A stretch of DNA of 64,000 nucleotides, from the IMG/VR virus record IMGVR_UViG_3300050030_000093, one strand, 5' to 3'. The notes beneath the pieces are model-generated. The model did no database searches. It worked only from the letters and a program-made list of their open reading frames with translations, and was not told where the DNA came from. This DNA is from an uncultured virus (IMG/VR IMGVR_UViG_3300050030_000093) (lineage: Duplodnaviria; Heunggongvirae; Uroviricota; Caudoviricetes). The number at the start of each line of letters is the position of its first letter. The first letter of the stretch is position 1. This document shows positions 32,848 to 43,287 of the stretch, in pieces. The position numbers and the translations under genes were made by a program.

Positions 32848-33801
32848 TTAGCGATTTTTGTCGTATAATTTGTCCAATATTTCGTCTTGAACAGTTTCCC
32901 AATTCTCGTTAAAGTAATTTTCGGCTTCAACATCGGTGAAAAAGTCTGGTTGAAATTCATACTCCGTACCTCTACCCGTATTATATGGTGATAAAACACC
33001 AGTAATTTCAAGAGGTACTCCATCAACAGTTTTATTATAGTTGACATCAAAGTTTTTTTGCTGTTTCTTGCCAGAACGTGGGTCTTGTTCTGTCGGAGTT
33101 ATCTCTATTTCTGCTACATTGCCTTCATAGGCAAATTCTTTAATTACGCTTTTAATTACGTCTTGTACTTTGTTGTTTTTCATCTTATCTTTATTTAATT
33201 CGTCCAGAATTCCATGAACATATCCTGGCGGTATGTTTGACATAACACCATTATAATTCGGGTCTAATGGACTTTCTAATTCATTAAGGTTATCGTCTTC
33301 GAGATATTTAAATGTATACGGCTGTTTGGCACTACCGTTATCGAAGATTTCATAGTAATAATTTGGAAATTCTTCATATGCTTCGGATTGTGAAAACATG
33401 TCTGAAAATCCGACTCTTTCAATTGCCACGAATTCCTGTGGATATTCTAAATCATAATTATACTGAGCTGCAAATGGTACGATATTATGCACAGATAATA
33501 AGTTTAGTATTGCTTTATGTAGTGCATAAAATGTTTTTGAGAGATATAGGTCACCATTTGCCATTAATATTCCTCTGGTATTACCCGCAAACCCTTCAAG
33601 ACTCTTAGGATTTTTATAAACCGGATATTGGTTGTCTGCTTTTCCAATTAATTCGGCATTGATAGGTGTGTTCTGTTTAAGGTCCACGCCTTGATTTTTT
33701 GAAAAAACCTTATCAGCAAGTGATGGCTTATTGTCATCCTGCCAATAGTCTTTAACAAAATCTTGTATTTCTTCCCTAATTAATTGTGCTATCGAAAGCA
33801 T
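32848..33801 (-). CDS. protein with one copy of the repeat domain of 17316-19949
   Basis: ADK..VYKNPKSLEGF...RGI....GDLY; IREE N-terminus. Confidence 0.75.
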   Translation of the reverse strand: MLSIAQLIREEIQDFVKDYWQDDNKPSLADKVFSKNQGVDLKQNTPINAELIGKADNQYPVYKNPKSLEGFAGNTRGILMANGDLYLSKTFYALHKAILNLLSVHNIVPFAAQYNYDLEYPQEFVAIERVGFSDMFSQSEAYEEFPNYYYEIFDNGSAKQPYTFKYLEDDNLNELESPLDPNYNGVMSNIPPGYVHGILDELNKDKMKNNKVQDVIKSVIKEFAYEGNVAEIEITPTEQDPRSGKKQQKNFDVNYNKTVDGVPLEITGVLSPYNTGRGTEYEFQPDFFTDVEAENYFNENWETVQDEILDKLYDKNR

Positions 33802-33831
33802 TTATTGTCTTTCTCAATAAATACAGTCAAT

Positions 33832-34233
33832 TTAGTCAAATGATAATGTGACTTTTTTTGATTTCTTTCCGCTACCATTACAGGTTGGGCAGGTTTTTGT
33901 TCCTGCAGTTGTTTCAAAACTCTGTACCTGTCCCGTACCAACACAAATAGGACAGATTTCTTCTACGTAAAAGTTTGGAAACTTTACTTTGAAATCCGGC
34001 ATATTGGCTTTTAACCAATCAAATGATAAATCATTGGCGACCATCGTAATGTCTTCAACAACAGTATAATCGCTATCCATACGTCTTTTAAGTTCCCATG
34101 AGTTAGTACCGCTTTGCCATTTTAGGTTGTATGCTTTATCTGTTGCTAAAAGTACCTTGACTTCATGCACAGTATCCGTACAGCCATATCTGAGCAGGTA
34201 TGTGTGTCCGGGTTTTAAATTTAATTCTTCCAT
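33832..34233 (-). CDS. protein with DnaJ-type CxxCxGxG zinc finger
   Basis: CPICVGTG..CPTCNGSG. Confidence 0.7.
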   Translation of the reverse strand: MEELNLKPGHTYLLRYGCTDTVHEVKVLLATDKAYNLKWQSGTNSWELKRRMDSDYTVVEDITMVANDLSFDWLKANMPDFKVKFPNFYVEEICPICVGTGQVQSFETTAGTKTCPTCNGSGKKSKKVTLSFD

Positions 34234-34735
34234 TTTATTGTTAATCTACAAATCCAATTATTTCTATGGTTTCGGGGTCACAGAGCATTTTGACTTCTTT
34301 ACCATCAATAAATACGTACACTACCACTTTGCCTTTGACTTTATTATCTCGGTGATAGGTTCTACCCTCTTTTCCCGTTTTTGTCTTGACGAGATATCCC
34401 GAATTTATGCTCATAATACACTTGGCTTTGATAGCGTGTCCTCTTGTCTTTTGCCTGCTACGACAACTACGTAAAACGTCATATTTTGTGGACCGCCAGC
34501 TAATGCTCCGACAGGATGTATTATTTCGTTATAGTAAATGATTTCCCAACCTTCAGTAATTAACTTATTGTAAAATTCCTGTACTGTAATTTCAGTATGG
34601 GTTTCACTGAATCTCTTGTATCTGACATATTTTTCCATGAGTAAAAATTTAGTAAGCAAATATAGTTAATGTCGGCTATAAATGCAAGTACTTTAGTATT
34701 TATAAGAAAATTATTTTATACTTAAATTCAAAGCT

Positions 34736-34900
34736 ATGGCTAAAGATAGAGACGTTAAAGCATTAGAGCATAAAATTGCTGAATTAGCACAGAAAATCAG
34801 TAATTTTGAAAAATACGATACTTCTAATAAGAAAACAAAAAGTCTAAAAATCTTAAAATTAAAATACGAAACCGAATTAGAGGAAATCCAAACACAATAA
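34736..34900 (+). CDS. small coiled-coil protein (54 aa; not in ORF track)
   Basis: MAKDRDVKALEHKIAELAQK...; GTATTTAT upstream on plus strand. Confidence 0.6.
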   Translation: MAKDRDVKALEHKIAELAQKISNFEKYDTSNKKTKSLKILKLKYETELEEIQTQ

Positions 34901-34963
34901 TCGGACGATAATCGGACGATAATATTTTAAATCGGTAGAAAAACGGAAGATTTCTACCGATTT

Positions 34964-35365
34964 TTATTTTATAAACTTGCAGACAAAACCATAATCTCTA
35001 TCAAATTCAGTTGAAGATACTCCAAGTTGCTGAATGTATTCAGCATAATTGTCCTTATAGTGCTGAATGAATTCATCAATTATGATAGGAATATCCGATT
35101 CTTTTTTGACTTTACCCTTAAAATATTTATTTTTAAGAACTACGATAGACCAGGCTTTCCAATCAACAGGTAAATTTGGATGTTTTTCTTGAATATGTCT
35201 AATGCTAATGTCGATGATGAGAGCCATGTACGGCTGATACTGGGGATTCAGTAATTCTAATACAGATGCATATTTTTGTATGTGCGCATTAATTTCATCA
35301 ACGTTTTTATTTGTTAAGTCTAACATATGCTTTATCAGTAATTTGGCAAATATCGGCTTTTCCAA
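34964..35365 (-). CDS. hypothetical protein
   Basis: 133-aa ORF followed by hairpin 34930-34963. Confidence 0.65.
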   Translation of the reverse strand: MEKPIFAKLLIKHMLDLTNKNVDEINAHIQKYASVLELLNPQYQPYMALIIDISIRHIQEKHPNLPVDWKAWSIVVLKNKYFKGKVKKESDIPIIIDEFIQHYKDNYAEYIQQLGVSSTEFDRDYGFVCKFIK

Positions 35366-36380
35366 TAAAATCGTTTAATGTCCGGGCATCACTATAACTC
35401 ATTGCATTTCGCAAGTAATGCTCGAAATTTTCAACCCAGCCATTTAGGTGATATTCTACCTTCCTGTATCTCGTAACGCCCTCAGAAGTCTTTAAACGGG
35501 TCTTTCCCATTGCTTTTTGCGCTTCCTTGGTACTCATGCCTCTGAAATACTTTTTTATTGGATAGCCTTTGTCGAATAAACGATTAGCAAGTTCCTTGCC
35601 AATTTTAATACCATGTACATAATTGTCAGCACAACTTTCTAATGCCTTATTAAAAATTGAACCAATCATCACATAATCAGCACCCAATGCAAATGCTTTA
35701 ATAATATCCGCATAATCTTTCATGCCACCATCTGCAACAATGGCAGGGGCAAATTTAAAATCATTGTCATCTTTATGGTCATATACATATAATAATTTTT
35801 CATGAAATACTTCCTGTATTAGTGATGCTAATGGATATCCAACGCCTGATTGTTTTGAAGTTATGCACCCATTGCCATTACCGATGCCTACACGAATATA
35901 ATCAACGCAATTATTTTCTGCATACCAACGATAAGTTTCTGGATTGGCAATATTACCTACCATTATCGTTACGTCTGGTCTGAATTTTTTTATTTCTTTA
36001 CAAATATCTACAATCAGTTTCATATGACCATTGGCAACATCAATAAGAATATTTGCATTTTTATGAAATCTTTGAACGCCAGTAATATGTGTTCGAATAT
36101 TATTTAATCCAAAGCTAACAAAAACGCCACCATCGTCAAGTTTTCCTGCCATAACTTCTTTTGCAAGAAATTGTAAATAAGGGACTGTTCTTGGTAGAAC
36201 AACATTAATTTTGTTTTCAAGAAAAATATTCTTATTCTCATAATTTACCACAGTGTCCATTGGTGCAGTAAATAATGGTAATTTACTTGGTAATATAATG
36301 TCTTTATATCTGCTTGATATGTCACCATGCACCTTGGGGACAATCAGTATATCATCAAAATCAAATTTTATGGTTGTCAT
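35307..36380 (-). CDS. guaC: GMP reductase / IMPDH-family protein
   Basis: FDDILIVP, APMDTV, IDVANGH, VGIGNGNGCIT, IVADGG, GADYVMIG, FRGMST, SEG. Confidence 0.8.
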   Translation of the reverse strand: MTTIKFDFDDILIVPKVHGDISSRYKDIILPSKLPLFTAPMDTVVNYENKNIFLENKINVVLPRTVPYLQFLAKEVMAGKLDDGGVFVSFGLNNIRTHITGVQRFHKNANILIDVANGHMKLIVDICKEIKKFRPDVTIMVGNIANPETYRWYAENNCVDYIRVGIGNGNGCITSKQSGVGYPLASLIQEVFHEKLLYVYDHKDDNDFKFAPAIVADGGMKDYADIIKAFALGADYVMIGSIFNKALESCADNYVHGIKIGKELANRLFDKGYPIKKYFRGMSTKEAQKAMGKTRLKTSEGVTRYRKVEYHLNGWVENFEHYLRNAMSYSDARTLNDFIGKADICQITDKAYVRLNK

Positions 36381-36395
36381 AATTTAAAATAAAAA

Positions 36396-36565
36396 GAAGT
36401 GTGTTTCTTTGGTAAAAACAAAAGAGATTTCAAAATGAGTCTTGAGACTTGAAGATTGAAATTTAACTACATGACTATCGGAAACTTGAACATTCATTGT
36501 CATTATCGTTGACCATAGTAGTTGCGAATATCTCAGTATGTCTTAGCTACTCGAAAGCACACTTC
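36396..36565 (-). ncRNA. candidate structured RNA with 7-nt periodic repeats
   Basis: Closing stem GAAGTGTG(C)TTTC/GAAACACACTTC; internal TCAA recurring every 7 nt. Confidence 0.5.
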
Positions 36566-36572
36566 AGTTTCT

Positions 36573-37070
36573 TTACTTCAGTTCTGTTACAGGCGATTCG
36601 TCTATTTCTTGTAGGTCTTCACTTGCATCACCCCAAGGAATATCAGTGGTATAATTAAAATTATCGATTTCGTCCTGAACAGCATCAACCTTTTTCTGAA
36701 ATCCTACAACTATTTCGTTGCGTTTGGCTTCATCTGTGTGAACCTTATAATCCTTTATGGTATCGCTGTAGCCAATAGACTGCAGACCTTCGACAACACT
36801 TACTTCGTTCCAGAAAACAATCATTGCTTTTGCTTCTGAGAGTCTGTAAATTTGCTCTTGAATCGGATGATTGGCTTCATTTATAATGAACTTAAGACCA
36901 ATTAATTCATTGACTTTTGCTTGGAGTTCGGCATATACCTTATCCACATCGAATTTATCGGCACTCGAAGAACCTGCCAGATAAGAATTCTTATTTTTAA
37001 TCTGGTCCTTTAGTTTAGCGATTTCACCAACTAATTTTTTTCTTGCTTTTAATGCTTTGTATAGCTTCAT
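36573..37070 (-). CDS. DIP1984/DUF6847-like coiled-coil protein
   Basis: MKL..AL..RK.L...I..LK..I...N start and ID..N..T end. Confidence 0.55.
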   Translation of the reverse strand: MKLYKALKARKKLVGEIAKLKDQIKNKNSYLAGSSSADKFDVDKVYAELQAKVNELIGLKFIINEANHPIQEQIYRLSEAKAMIVFWNEVSVVEGLQSIGYSDTIKDYKVHTDEAKRNEIVVGFQKKVDAVQDEIDNFNYTTDIPWGDASEDLQEIDESPVTELK

Positions 37071-37125
37071 ATTTATTTTTATTTAATGAACAATATTAGT
37101 TAAAATTATTGAAATGCGCAAGGAT

Positions 37126-38025
37126 TTATAAAATTTTTGTTTTAATACGGAAATCTACTGACCATCCAATTGGCATAAATTGGGGATGCATAGTATCGAT
37201 AAAATGATTTCTCCAGAGTTTAACAAATTCTTCGATTTTTTCCTCAGTATCGAGTTTCTGTGCAACATGATATCCGTGGTCGTAAAGAATACGATTTTCT
37301 GCTTTAAAGTCGTAAATTTCTTTTTCGTGCAAAACTTGTAGGTATAAATAAATCTTATAGAGTTGCATATAGTTATAATCGCAAATTGTTTCAAACGGAA
37401 TACCAGTATGCTCTGCAATAAAGTATAGCTTTTCCAATTTAACGGCTTCTGCTACTCTGCCATAACATTTAAATAGTGAATGAATTGCGTTCAGTAGAAT
37501 TGAATTATCTTTGCCTGCTTCACGTAATTTGCCAGTATATTCACTGTTAAGTTCACCAATAGTTTTAACACCATAAATTCTGGCGATTTCATCCTTATAA
37601 TTATTGGCTTTTTGCTCATATTGTGAGTGAAGTTCATGATTAATAAGAACTACATCATGATGATTTTTTGATTTATAGATTTCGGGGAAATATGTGCGAT
37701 AACAATACGGTACAATATGATGCCTCTGCAGACCTTCTTCAATACCGCTTACCACACACCTTGCTTCCCGAATACTACGACCAAATTCTTCGTTGTCCTC
37801 AAAGCCATTACCTTTTGGAATAAAGGTCAATCCAATCATCTTTTTACCGATGACCTTTGCCAAACCTCTTTCAGTATACCACTTGGCTTTCTTTTCGCCA
37901 CAGGTGAACATATGTCTTCCAGACGGATGATAAACCTTCCAGTTTTCGGAATTTAAATTCTTGCTTCCGACTTTCAGAATATTATTGCGTTCTTTACCTG
38001 CGCTAATTTCTTCCATGATATACAA
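37126..38025 (-). CDS. EXD2 C-terminal-like HNH-domain protein
   Basis: TC..KKA.WY...GL; CVVSG..RHHIVPYCYR..FP...K....HDVVL...H; HG..V; F...WR.HF...M.P.F.P..WSV. Confidence 0.65.
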   Translation of the reverse strand: MYIMEEISAGKERNNILKVGSKNLNSENWKVYHPSGRHMFTCGEKKAKWYTERGLAKVIGKKMIGLTFIPKGNGFEDNEEFGRSIREARCVVSGIEEGLQRHHIVPYCYRTYFPEIYKSKNHHDVVLINHELHSQYEQKANNYKDEIARIYGVKTIGELNSEYTGKLREAGKDNSILLNAIHSLFKCYGRVAEAVKLEKLYFIAEHTGIPFETICDYNYMQLYKIYLYLQVLHEKEIYDFKAENRILYDHGYHVAQKLDTEEKIEEFVKLWRNHFIDTMHPQFMPIGWSVDFRIKTKIL

Positions 38026-39007
38026 TCATAAATCTATTGAAAATTTCATCACTACTTGAGTCCATAATAAAATCTTCGTAATCATCACCCAAAGCATCTT
38101 TGAACTTACCAATAGCTTGACCCAATTCTTTTCCTTTAAGGTCGGGAAGCCATTCCATGACGATTTCGCCATTGAATTTATCTGCTAATGCTTTAGCCAA
38201 TTCATCCCTTACATCCAAATCATGCAGTTTATACAGTAATTCGGCTTCCGGAAAAGCTGCATCAATGTCGATAAGATACATATCCTTATCTTCTTCGAAA
38301 TCGTATTTGGTATTGATGCCATTGTCCTTGATGTAATTCAAGAACAAGTGATATGAACCTCTCTTACGGTTTCTTTTCTTGTCAAGACTCTTCAAATTTT
38401 CCATTTGAAACATTTCTGAATCAAAGTACTTACCATCAATACAGAATTTGAATATTTCTTCAAGAGTATCAAAACCCTTCAAGTATCTATCATAATCATA
38501 TCCACCGAAGTCAAAAATTTTTCTCGCATCATTGGTGAGTAGAATATTTTCTGAGTTTGTTCCATGAACATTCCTGTACTTATAGAACAAACCTTCCCAA
38601 CCATATGATAATCCAAACTTATGGTAAGTCTTACCCATGATATTTCCCAAAGGGTCGTATGAGAAATAAATTAATGCGGTTTCCCATTTACTTTCTGAAA
38701 TCGGAATGAAATCAACTTGGAATCCTTTATAGTCGAATGAATAAACTCCACCATTGGCATTGATAGCATTTGGCATAAAAGCATTCTTAATATAATCTTT
38801 CCAATTGATGTTGGTATTTGCCGGAACTTTGATAAGTAAGTCCAAGTCACCGTGGTCTGCCTTGGTACGATAACAAGTAACGACAGAAGTGAATAATGTT
38901 AAGTCATAGAATACTTTAATACTAAGTTCACTTCCAATTTGAATGAATTCTGCTGTGCTTTTTCTTTCGGTGAATACACCGTACTTATTTAATGCTTTAC
39001 CACCCAT
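38003..39007 (-). CDS. Pol-beta-superfamily nucleotidyltransferase-like protein
   Basis: MGGKAL start; K.DHGDLDLL and FQVDFI motifs. Confidence 0.6.
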   Translation of the reverse strand: MGGKALNKYGVFTERKSTAEFIQIGSELSIKVFYDLTLFTSVVTCYRTKADHGDLDLLIKVPANTNINWKDYIKNAFMPNAINANGGVYSFDYKGFQVDFIPISESKWETALIYFSYDPLGNIMGKTYHKFGLSYGWEGLFYKYRNVHGTNSENILLTNDARKIFDFGGYDYDRYLKGFDTLEEIFKFCIDGKYFDSEMFQMENLKSLDKKRNRKRGSYHLFLNYIKDNGINTKYDFEEDKDMYLIDIDAAFPEAELLYKLHDLDVRDELAKALADKFNGEIVMEWLPDLKGKELGQAIGKFKDALGDDYEDFIMDSSSDEIFNRFMIVYHGRN

Positions 39008-39069
39008 AATAAATTCGTTTTTATAATTATGCAATTATACGAAAATTACGGGAGAATGTTACAGAAAAC

Positions 39070-39387
39070 TTAGAATATTTTAAAAGTAATTTGAGTTTCT
39101 TCAATTTCTGGGTCTGATATTGTCCAATTATCTTCGTCTAATCCATCGAGAAATAATTCAATTGCTTCTTTGTCTTCTTCATATCCTTCTTGTAGAAGTT
39201 CTTCGGGACTTGTTGCTGATGCAAAATCAAATTCAGCATCATCATCGTTGGCTTCAATATCTTGTGTTGCACCGTCTCTGTCAAGGTCATACGACCATAC
39301 TATACAATTACCCTCTAAAATCAAATCTCCTGTTAAATTGCCAAGAATATCTTCTTGTAGTTTTTCGAATAATTCGTTGATATTCAT
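39070..39387 (-). CDS. acidic hypothetical protein
   Basis: D/E-rich ORF; likely start MNINE. Confidence 0.7.
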   Translation of the reverse strand: MNINELFEKLQEDILGNLTGDLILEGNCIVWSYDLDRDGATQDIEANDDDAEFDFASATSPEELLQEGYEEDKEAIELFLDGLDEDNWTISDPEIEETQITFKIF

Positions 39388-39465
39388 ACTTATAATAAAT
39401 TTACGTAAAATAATTTTTACCATAAATAGAAAATAGTTGTCGAAAAGTCGGATTTACGTGAAATT

Positions 39466-40308
39466 TTATTGAACTTCTGCGGGACTACCGCTTAATTGTG
39501 CAAGTGATTGCTTACCACCTTCTACAAACCAATCAGCGATATCAGAACGTTGATGAACAACATTTAACATTTGGTCGATAACAAGTAGTTTTTCTTCAGG
39601 ACTTGATGCTCTAAGTAATGTACTAAGTAGGTCTTCAAGAGGTTTCAGACCATAATCACTTATAAAGCCACCCATTTTACCTTCGGGGTCATTCATATAA
39701 TAATCGAAGAATTGACCTGTCATTGTTTCATAAAGTGTTTCTCTTAGTTGGTCTCTGCTTGGAAGTTCATCACCATATTTATCTTCGATAAAATTTTTAG
39801 CAAATGGATGAACAGTTGTATTACATGGCGAATTATCTTCAGGTTCTTGATATCCCTTTTTAGGATTGCTAAAGGGTATTTCAAGCTGATTTTTATCAAA
39901 AGGTTTATTGTAAACACAATTAAGTTGTTCATCTACCCAATATCCAATATTTTCATCGAATGCTTCTTGGTCGCCCCATTGCGTGTGACCTGCCAGGTTT
40001 GTGAAAATGCTGACTTTCATTGTATTGTTTTTTACAATATCTTCAATCATTTCCAAGCCTCTTGTATCTCTTACAGAACCATAGGTCATATAGTCTTCCC
40101 AAACTTTTTTTAGTCTTGGAAAGGGTATGACGGTCCAAGGAACATGTTTAGTAAATGTTGGATTGTTGTGGTATAGGAAATCATTGAATAGTTCTCCTTT
40201 TAATTCATCATATATTTCAAAATAAGAATAATCAATTTCTTCATCATTGTACGCTTCTTTGAGAAATCTTGTATATTCTTCTCGTATAATTGTCTGTAAG
40301 GACTTCAT
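39466..40308 (-). CDS. hypothetical protein with IIREE N-terminal motif
   Basis: MKSLQTIIREEY; TATTTAT upstream. Confidence 0.8.
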   Translation of the reverse strand: MKSLQTIIREEYTRFLKEAYNDEEIDYSYFEIYDELKGELFNDFLYHNNPTFTKHVPWTVIPFPRLKKVWEDYMTYGSVRDTRGLEMIEDIVKNNTMKVSIFTNLAGHTQWGDQEAFDENIGYWVDEQLNCVYNKPFDKNQLEIPFSNPKKGYQEPEDNSPCNTTVHPFAKNFIEDKYGDELPSRDQLRETLYETMTGQFFDYYMNDPEGKMGGFISDYGLKPLEDLLSTLLRASSPEEKLLVIDQMLNVVHQRSDIADWFVEGGKQSLAQLSGSPAEVQ

Positions 40309-40392
40309 GAAAACTGAATTTCATATAAATAGTCCGGATATTAACAAAAAAAGCCAGATTGCTCTGGCTTTTATATTGTCGTATTAAATTAT

Positions 40393-40809
40393 TTATTGTT
40401 TTGTCCAAATCATTGTTGGAGCACCGCCACTAACTTGTGGAGTCCATGTCATTTTTGATTTTCCGTTAGTAACAACATCAAATGTTTGCGTATCTGTTGG
40501 TGTAACTCCATCATTAGGGTCAAAATCTGGTTCGGTAAGTGTAAATGTATTCTTGTCATTGTCTACACTATATCCTGTAGCGGGACAAGTATAACTCTGC
40601 GTTCCTTGCAATAATGTTAATACATAAGTGTCATTAGTTTTTATAATAGCACTAAAACAAACTTTAGCACTACCTTTATCGCCTAATAAAAGGCTGTCGG
40701 ATTTCCACGTTCCGATAACAAAATCGGAAAGTGGGGTTTCTTTTTTACAACTAAATCCAATTCCAATTATCAGAATAGTTGCAATACATAAAATTAAAGT
40801 TTTTTTCAT
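40393..40809 (-). CDS. lipoprotein with lipocalin-like domain
   Basis: Signal peptide II FS-CKKE; IGTWK motif. Confidence 0.7.
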   Translation of the reverse strand: MKKTLILCIATILIIGIGFSCKKETPLSDFVIGTWKSDSLLLGDKGSAKVCFSAIIKTNDTYVLTLLQGTQSYTCPATGYSVDNDKNTFTLTEPDFDPNDGVTPTDTQTFDVVTNGKSKMTWTPQVSGGAPTMIWTKQ

Positions 40810-40825
40810 TTTATTTGTTTATAAA

Positions 40826-41698
40826 TTATTTTACATCATAACTTTCAGGAAGTCCCAATTTTTCTTTGAGTTTTTTGTCATATGCTTGGGCATCTTTGTT
40901 AGCACCATCAACAGTATAATAATGGTCGGGACGAGATTTATCAGCACCCATAACCAAACCATATGATATTATTCCTGTGACTATACAAGTTGCAAGCACT
41001 CCGACTTCAAATCCACCTGCTGTTGTTCCAACAGGATGTAAAAAGGGTTTTTTTACGAGCATATCAGCCAATACTGTTCCACCTATAACGAAACTTCCTA
41101 AGAATATACCTGCTCCCCAATTTGTCATTTTTGTTATTCTGAGATTATCAGCAGCATTTTGATTTAGAATGGCTTGGTTTCCTGCCAGTGCTGCTAATGA
41201 TACATCCCCAATTTCTTTAACACCACCTTTTATGATTTTAAAATCAGATACTTGGGTTGTGACAGTATTGGAATTGGAAAATCCGTAATAACCATAATAT
41301 CCGGGATACATGGCACTTCTACCTGTAGTCTGACTTAAAGAATTTGTTGAAAAAACAACGTCTACTTTAGAATTATTATATTCTTCACGTTCAGCAATTT
41401 TGCTATCCATTATTTTTTCTTGCACCTGACCAGTATTCTTTATGAGTACAGTAGTTGCAGTATTTTCTTTGATTTCAACAATTTCGCCATATACGCTTGT
41501 CGTTCCAACCAAAACTTTCAAATAGTGACTTCCAACAGGAAGTACTAAAGAAGTTATGTCTGTAGTTTGTTTAGTTTCATCGACATAAACATTTATTCCG
41601 GTTAGTTCAGAAAAGATTTTCAGTGTACCAGTTTTCGTTTGACCGATTAATGATACGCATAGAAACATTAGTAATAAAATACTTAGAATTTTTTTCAT
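40826..41698 (-). CDS. PEGA-like domain membrane protein
   Basis: Signal peptide; GTLKIFS....VYVD..LPVGSH; two C-terminal TM segments. Confidence 0.6.
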   Translation of the reverse strand: MKKILSILLLMFLCVSLIGQTKTGTLKIFSELTGINVYVDETKQTTDITSLVLPVGSHYLKVLVGTTSVYGEIVEIKENTATTVLIKNTGQVQEKIMDSKIAEREEYNNSKVDVVFSTNSLSQTTGRSAMYPGYYGYYGFSNSNTVTTQVSDFKIIKGGVKEIGDVSLAALAGNQAILNQNAADNLRITKMTNWGAGIFLGSFVIGGTVLADMLVKKPFLHPVGTTAGGFEVGVLATCIVTGIISYGLVMGADKSRPDHYYTVDGANKDAQAYDKKLKEKLGLPESYDVK

Positions 41699-41813
41699 AA
41701 TTTATTTATTGATTAATATTAGTTAATAATTGAATGGACAAACATAATTGAAATAAATGGCACTAACAAGAATTATGTGTTAAATTTTCAGATATTACAT
41801 GAAATGTAGTTAT

Positions 41814-42461
41814 TTATTCTAAATTTAATTTCATTCCAAGCATTACGTAGTTTGCGTAATGACCAATGAACCCACCATCAGCATCGTAGTTAAGTACTTC
41901 ATCGTAATTTGATGCCCTCCATTCTAATCCGAGATAAATTCGCTTTGTCAGTTTATACCAACCTTGGGGTTCAAAAATAAAATATTTGTTATTCCAAAAG
42001 TCGCAATAACCACTTACTTGTGTTTTATCTCTATCTTGTGAAAATGTGGTTGTAATCTGATACCCATTACGCATTTCTTTATCGCCAAGATAAAGAAAGT
42101 TTTGATGGCGGTATGTAACATCAAAGGATAAATTAAATGATTTTCCGATTGTAAATGCTTTAGACACTCCACCAAGATAAACAGGAAATATTCTGAATGT
42201 TTTGTTGAGTCCTGCGTTATATTGTAGAGTGGCAGAGAATGTTTTTGTAATGTTTACGTATCCCGATATTTCTGAGTAGGATTCAGTAATGCCATCATGG
42301 TCTACCTTGAAGTCAGTGAAGTAATAGACAGTTCCGTGTTTAAGTGGCTTGTAGAGTTCAAATGTAATAAAATTGATTTTGGCATCGGTTAGTACTTGAA
42401 AATTCTGTGCATTTGCTGCAAACGAGCAAAGCAATAACGCAAGGATTAATAATCTTTTCAT
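41814..42461 (-). CDS. DUF5020-like outer-membrane beta-barrel
   Basis: Signal peptide; AQN.Q..D, TFELYKP...G..YYF.DF, SGYCDFW, EPQGWY. Confidence 0.65.
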   Translation of the reverse strand: MKRLLILALLLCSFAANAQNFQVLTDAKINFITFELYKPLKHGTVYYFTDFKVDHDGITESYSEISGYVNITKTFSATLQYNAGLNKTFRIFPVYLGGVSKAFTIGKSFNLSFDVTYRHQNFLYLGDKEMRNGYQITTTFSQDRDKTQVSGYCDFWNNKYFIFEPQGWYKLTKRIYLGLEWRASNYDEVLNYDADGGFIGHYANYVMLGMKLNLE

Positions 42462-42652
42462 TTTTTGAGTTTTAGTTTCTTTTTTACTTTATCTATTGTG
42501 TTGGCGACACGTACATCGCCAATGACAACTACGATTAATAATACTATGAGAATTGTTAAGTAAATTTTGTCTGTCATTGGCATTAAAATAAATTACATTG
42601 CGATTATACGAATAATAATCGAATAATGTTACAAGAAAGCCAATATTTATTT

Positions 42653-43282
42653 TCAAATTTCGAAAATAATTGGTGGATTTACACACATATAATCGCCATT
42701 AAGATTTGATGCGTTAATGAATATGACGTTATCAATCACTTTTTTTCCATACCCTTCATGAATATGACCAAAGATATGAATTTTTGGTTTAATTCTTTCA
42801 ACAACTTCTTTATAGAGTGATGGTGAACCATGATGCTTCATATCCCAAGGTACTAAATCTCCAATCATATATGGTGGACTGTGTGTAATTAACACATCAG
42901 TATTATCTGGAATTGCTGCCCAATGTTTAGCAAGTGTTTCTTCCGGACGATTGAATGCCCAATTATTAAATGGTTTTGAAACAGGTGTCCCCCAGAAATG
43001 AATACCTTCAATTTCAACACCAGAATCTTCCAAGTATGTTACATTTTCTGGAACCTTTTCAATTGCTAAAAGATGATGAGTTTCAAAAAGCCAATCATGA
43101 TTTCCAGCGATAATTAGCTTATTAGCATAAGGTAATTTGGAATACCATTGCATAAAATTGACAATTTCATGACTTTGACCTATTGATGTGAAATCACCTG
43201 CATGAATAATAACATCAGCAACAGGTAATTGTCCCAGATGCTTATGTTTTCCATGTGTATCAGATATAATGCAAATTTTCAT
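42653..43282 (-). CDS. calcineurin-like metallophosphoesterase
   Basis: SDTH, AGD, GNHD, THSPP, FGHIHEG. Confidence 0.9.
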   Translation of the reverse strand: MKICIISDTHGKHKHLGQLPVADVIIHAGDFTSIGQSHEIVNFMQWYSKLPYANKLIIAGNHDWLFETHHLLAIEKVPENVTYLEDSGVEIEGIHFWGTPVSKPFNNWAFNRPEETLAKHWAAIPDNTDVLITHSPPYMIGDLVPWDMKHHGSPSLYKEVVERIKPKIHIFGHIHEGYGKKVIDNVIFINASNLNGDYMCVNPPIIFEI

Positions 43283-43287
43283 TTATT

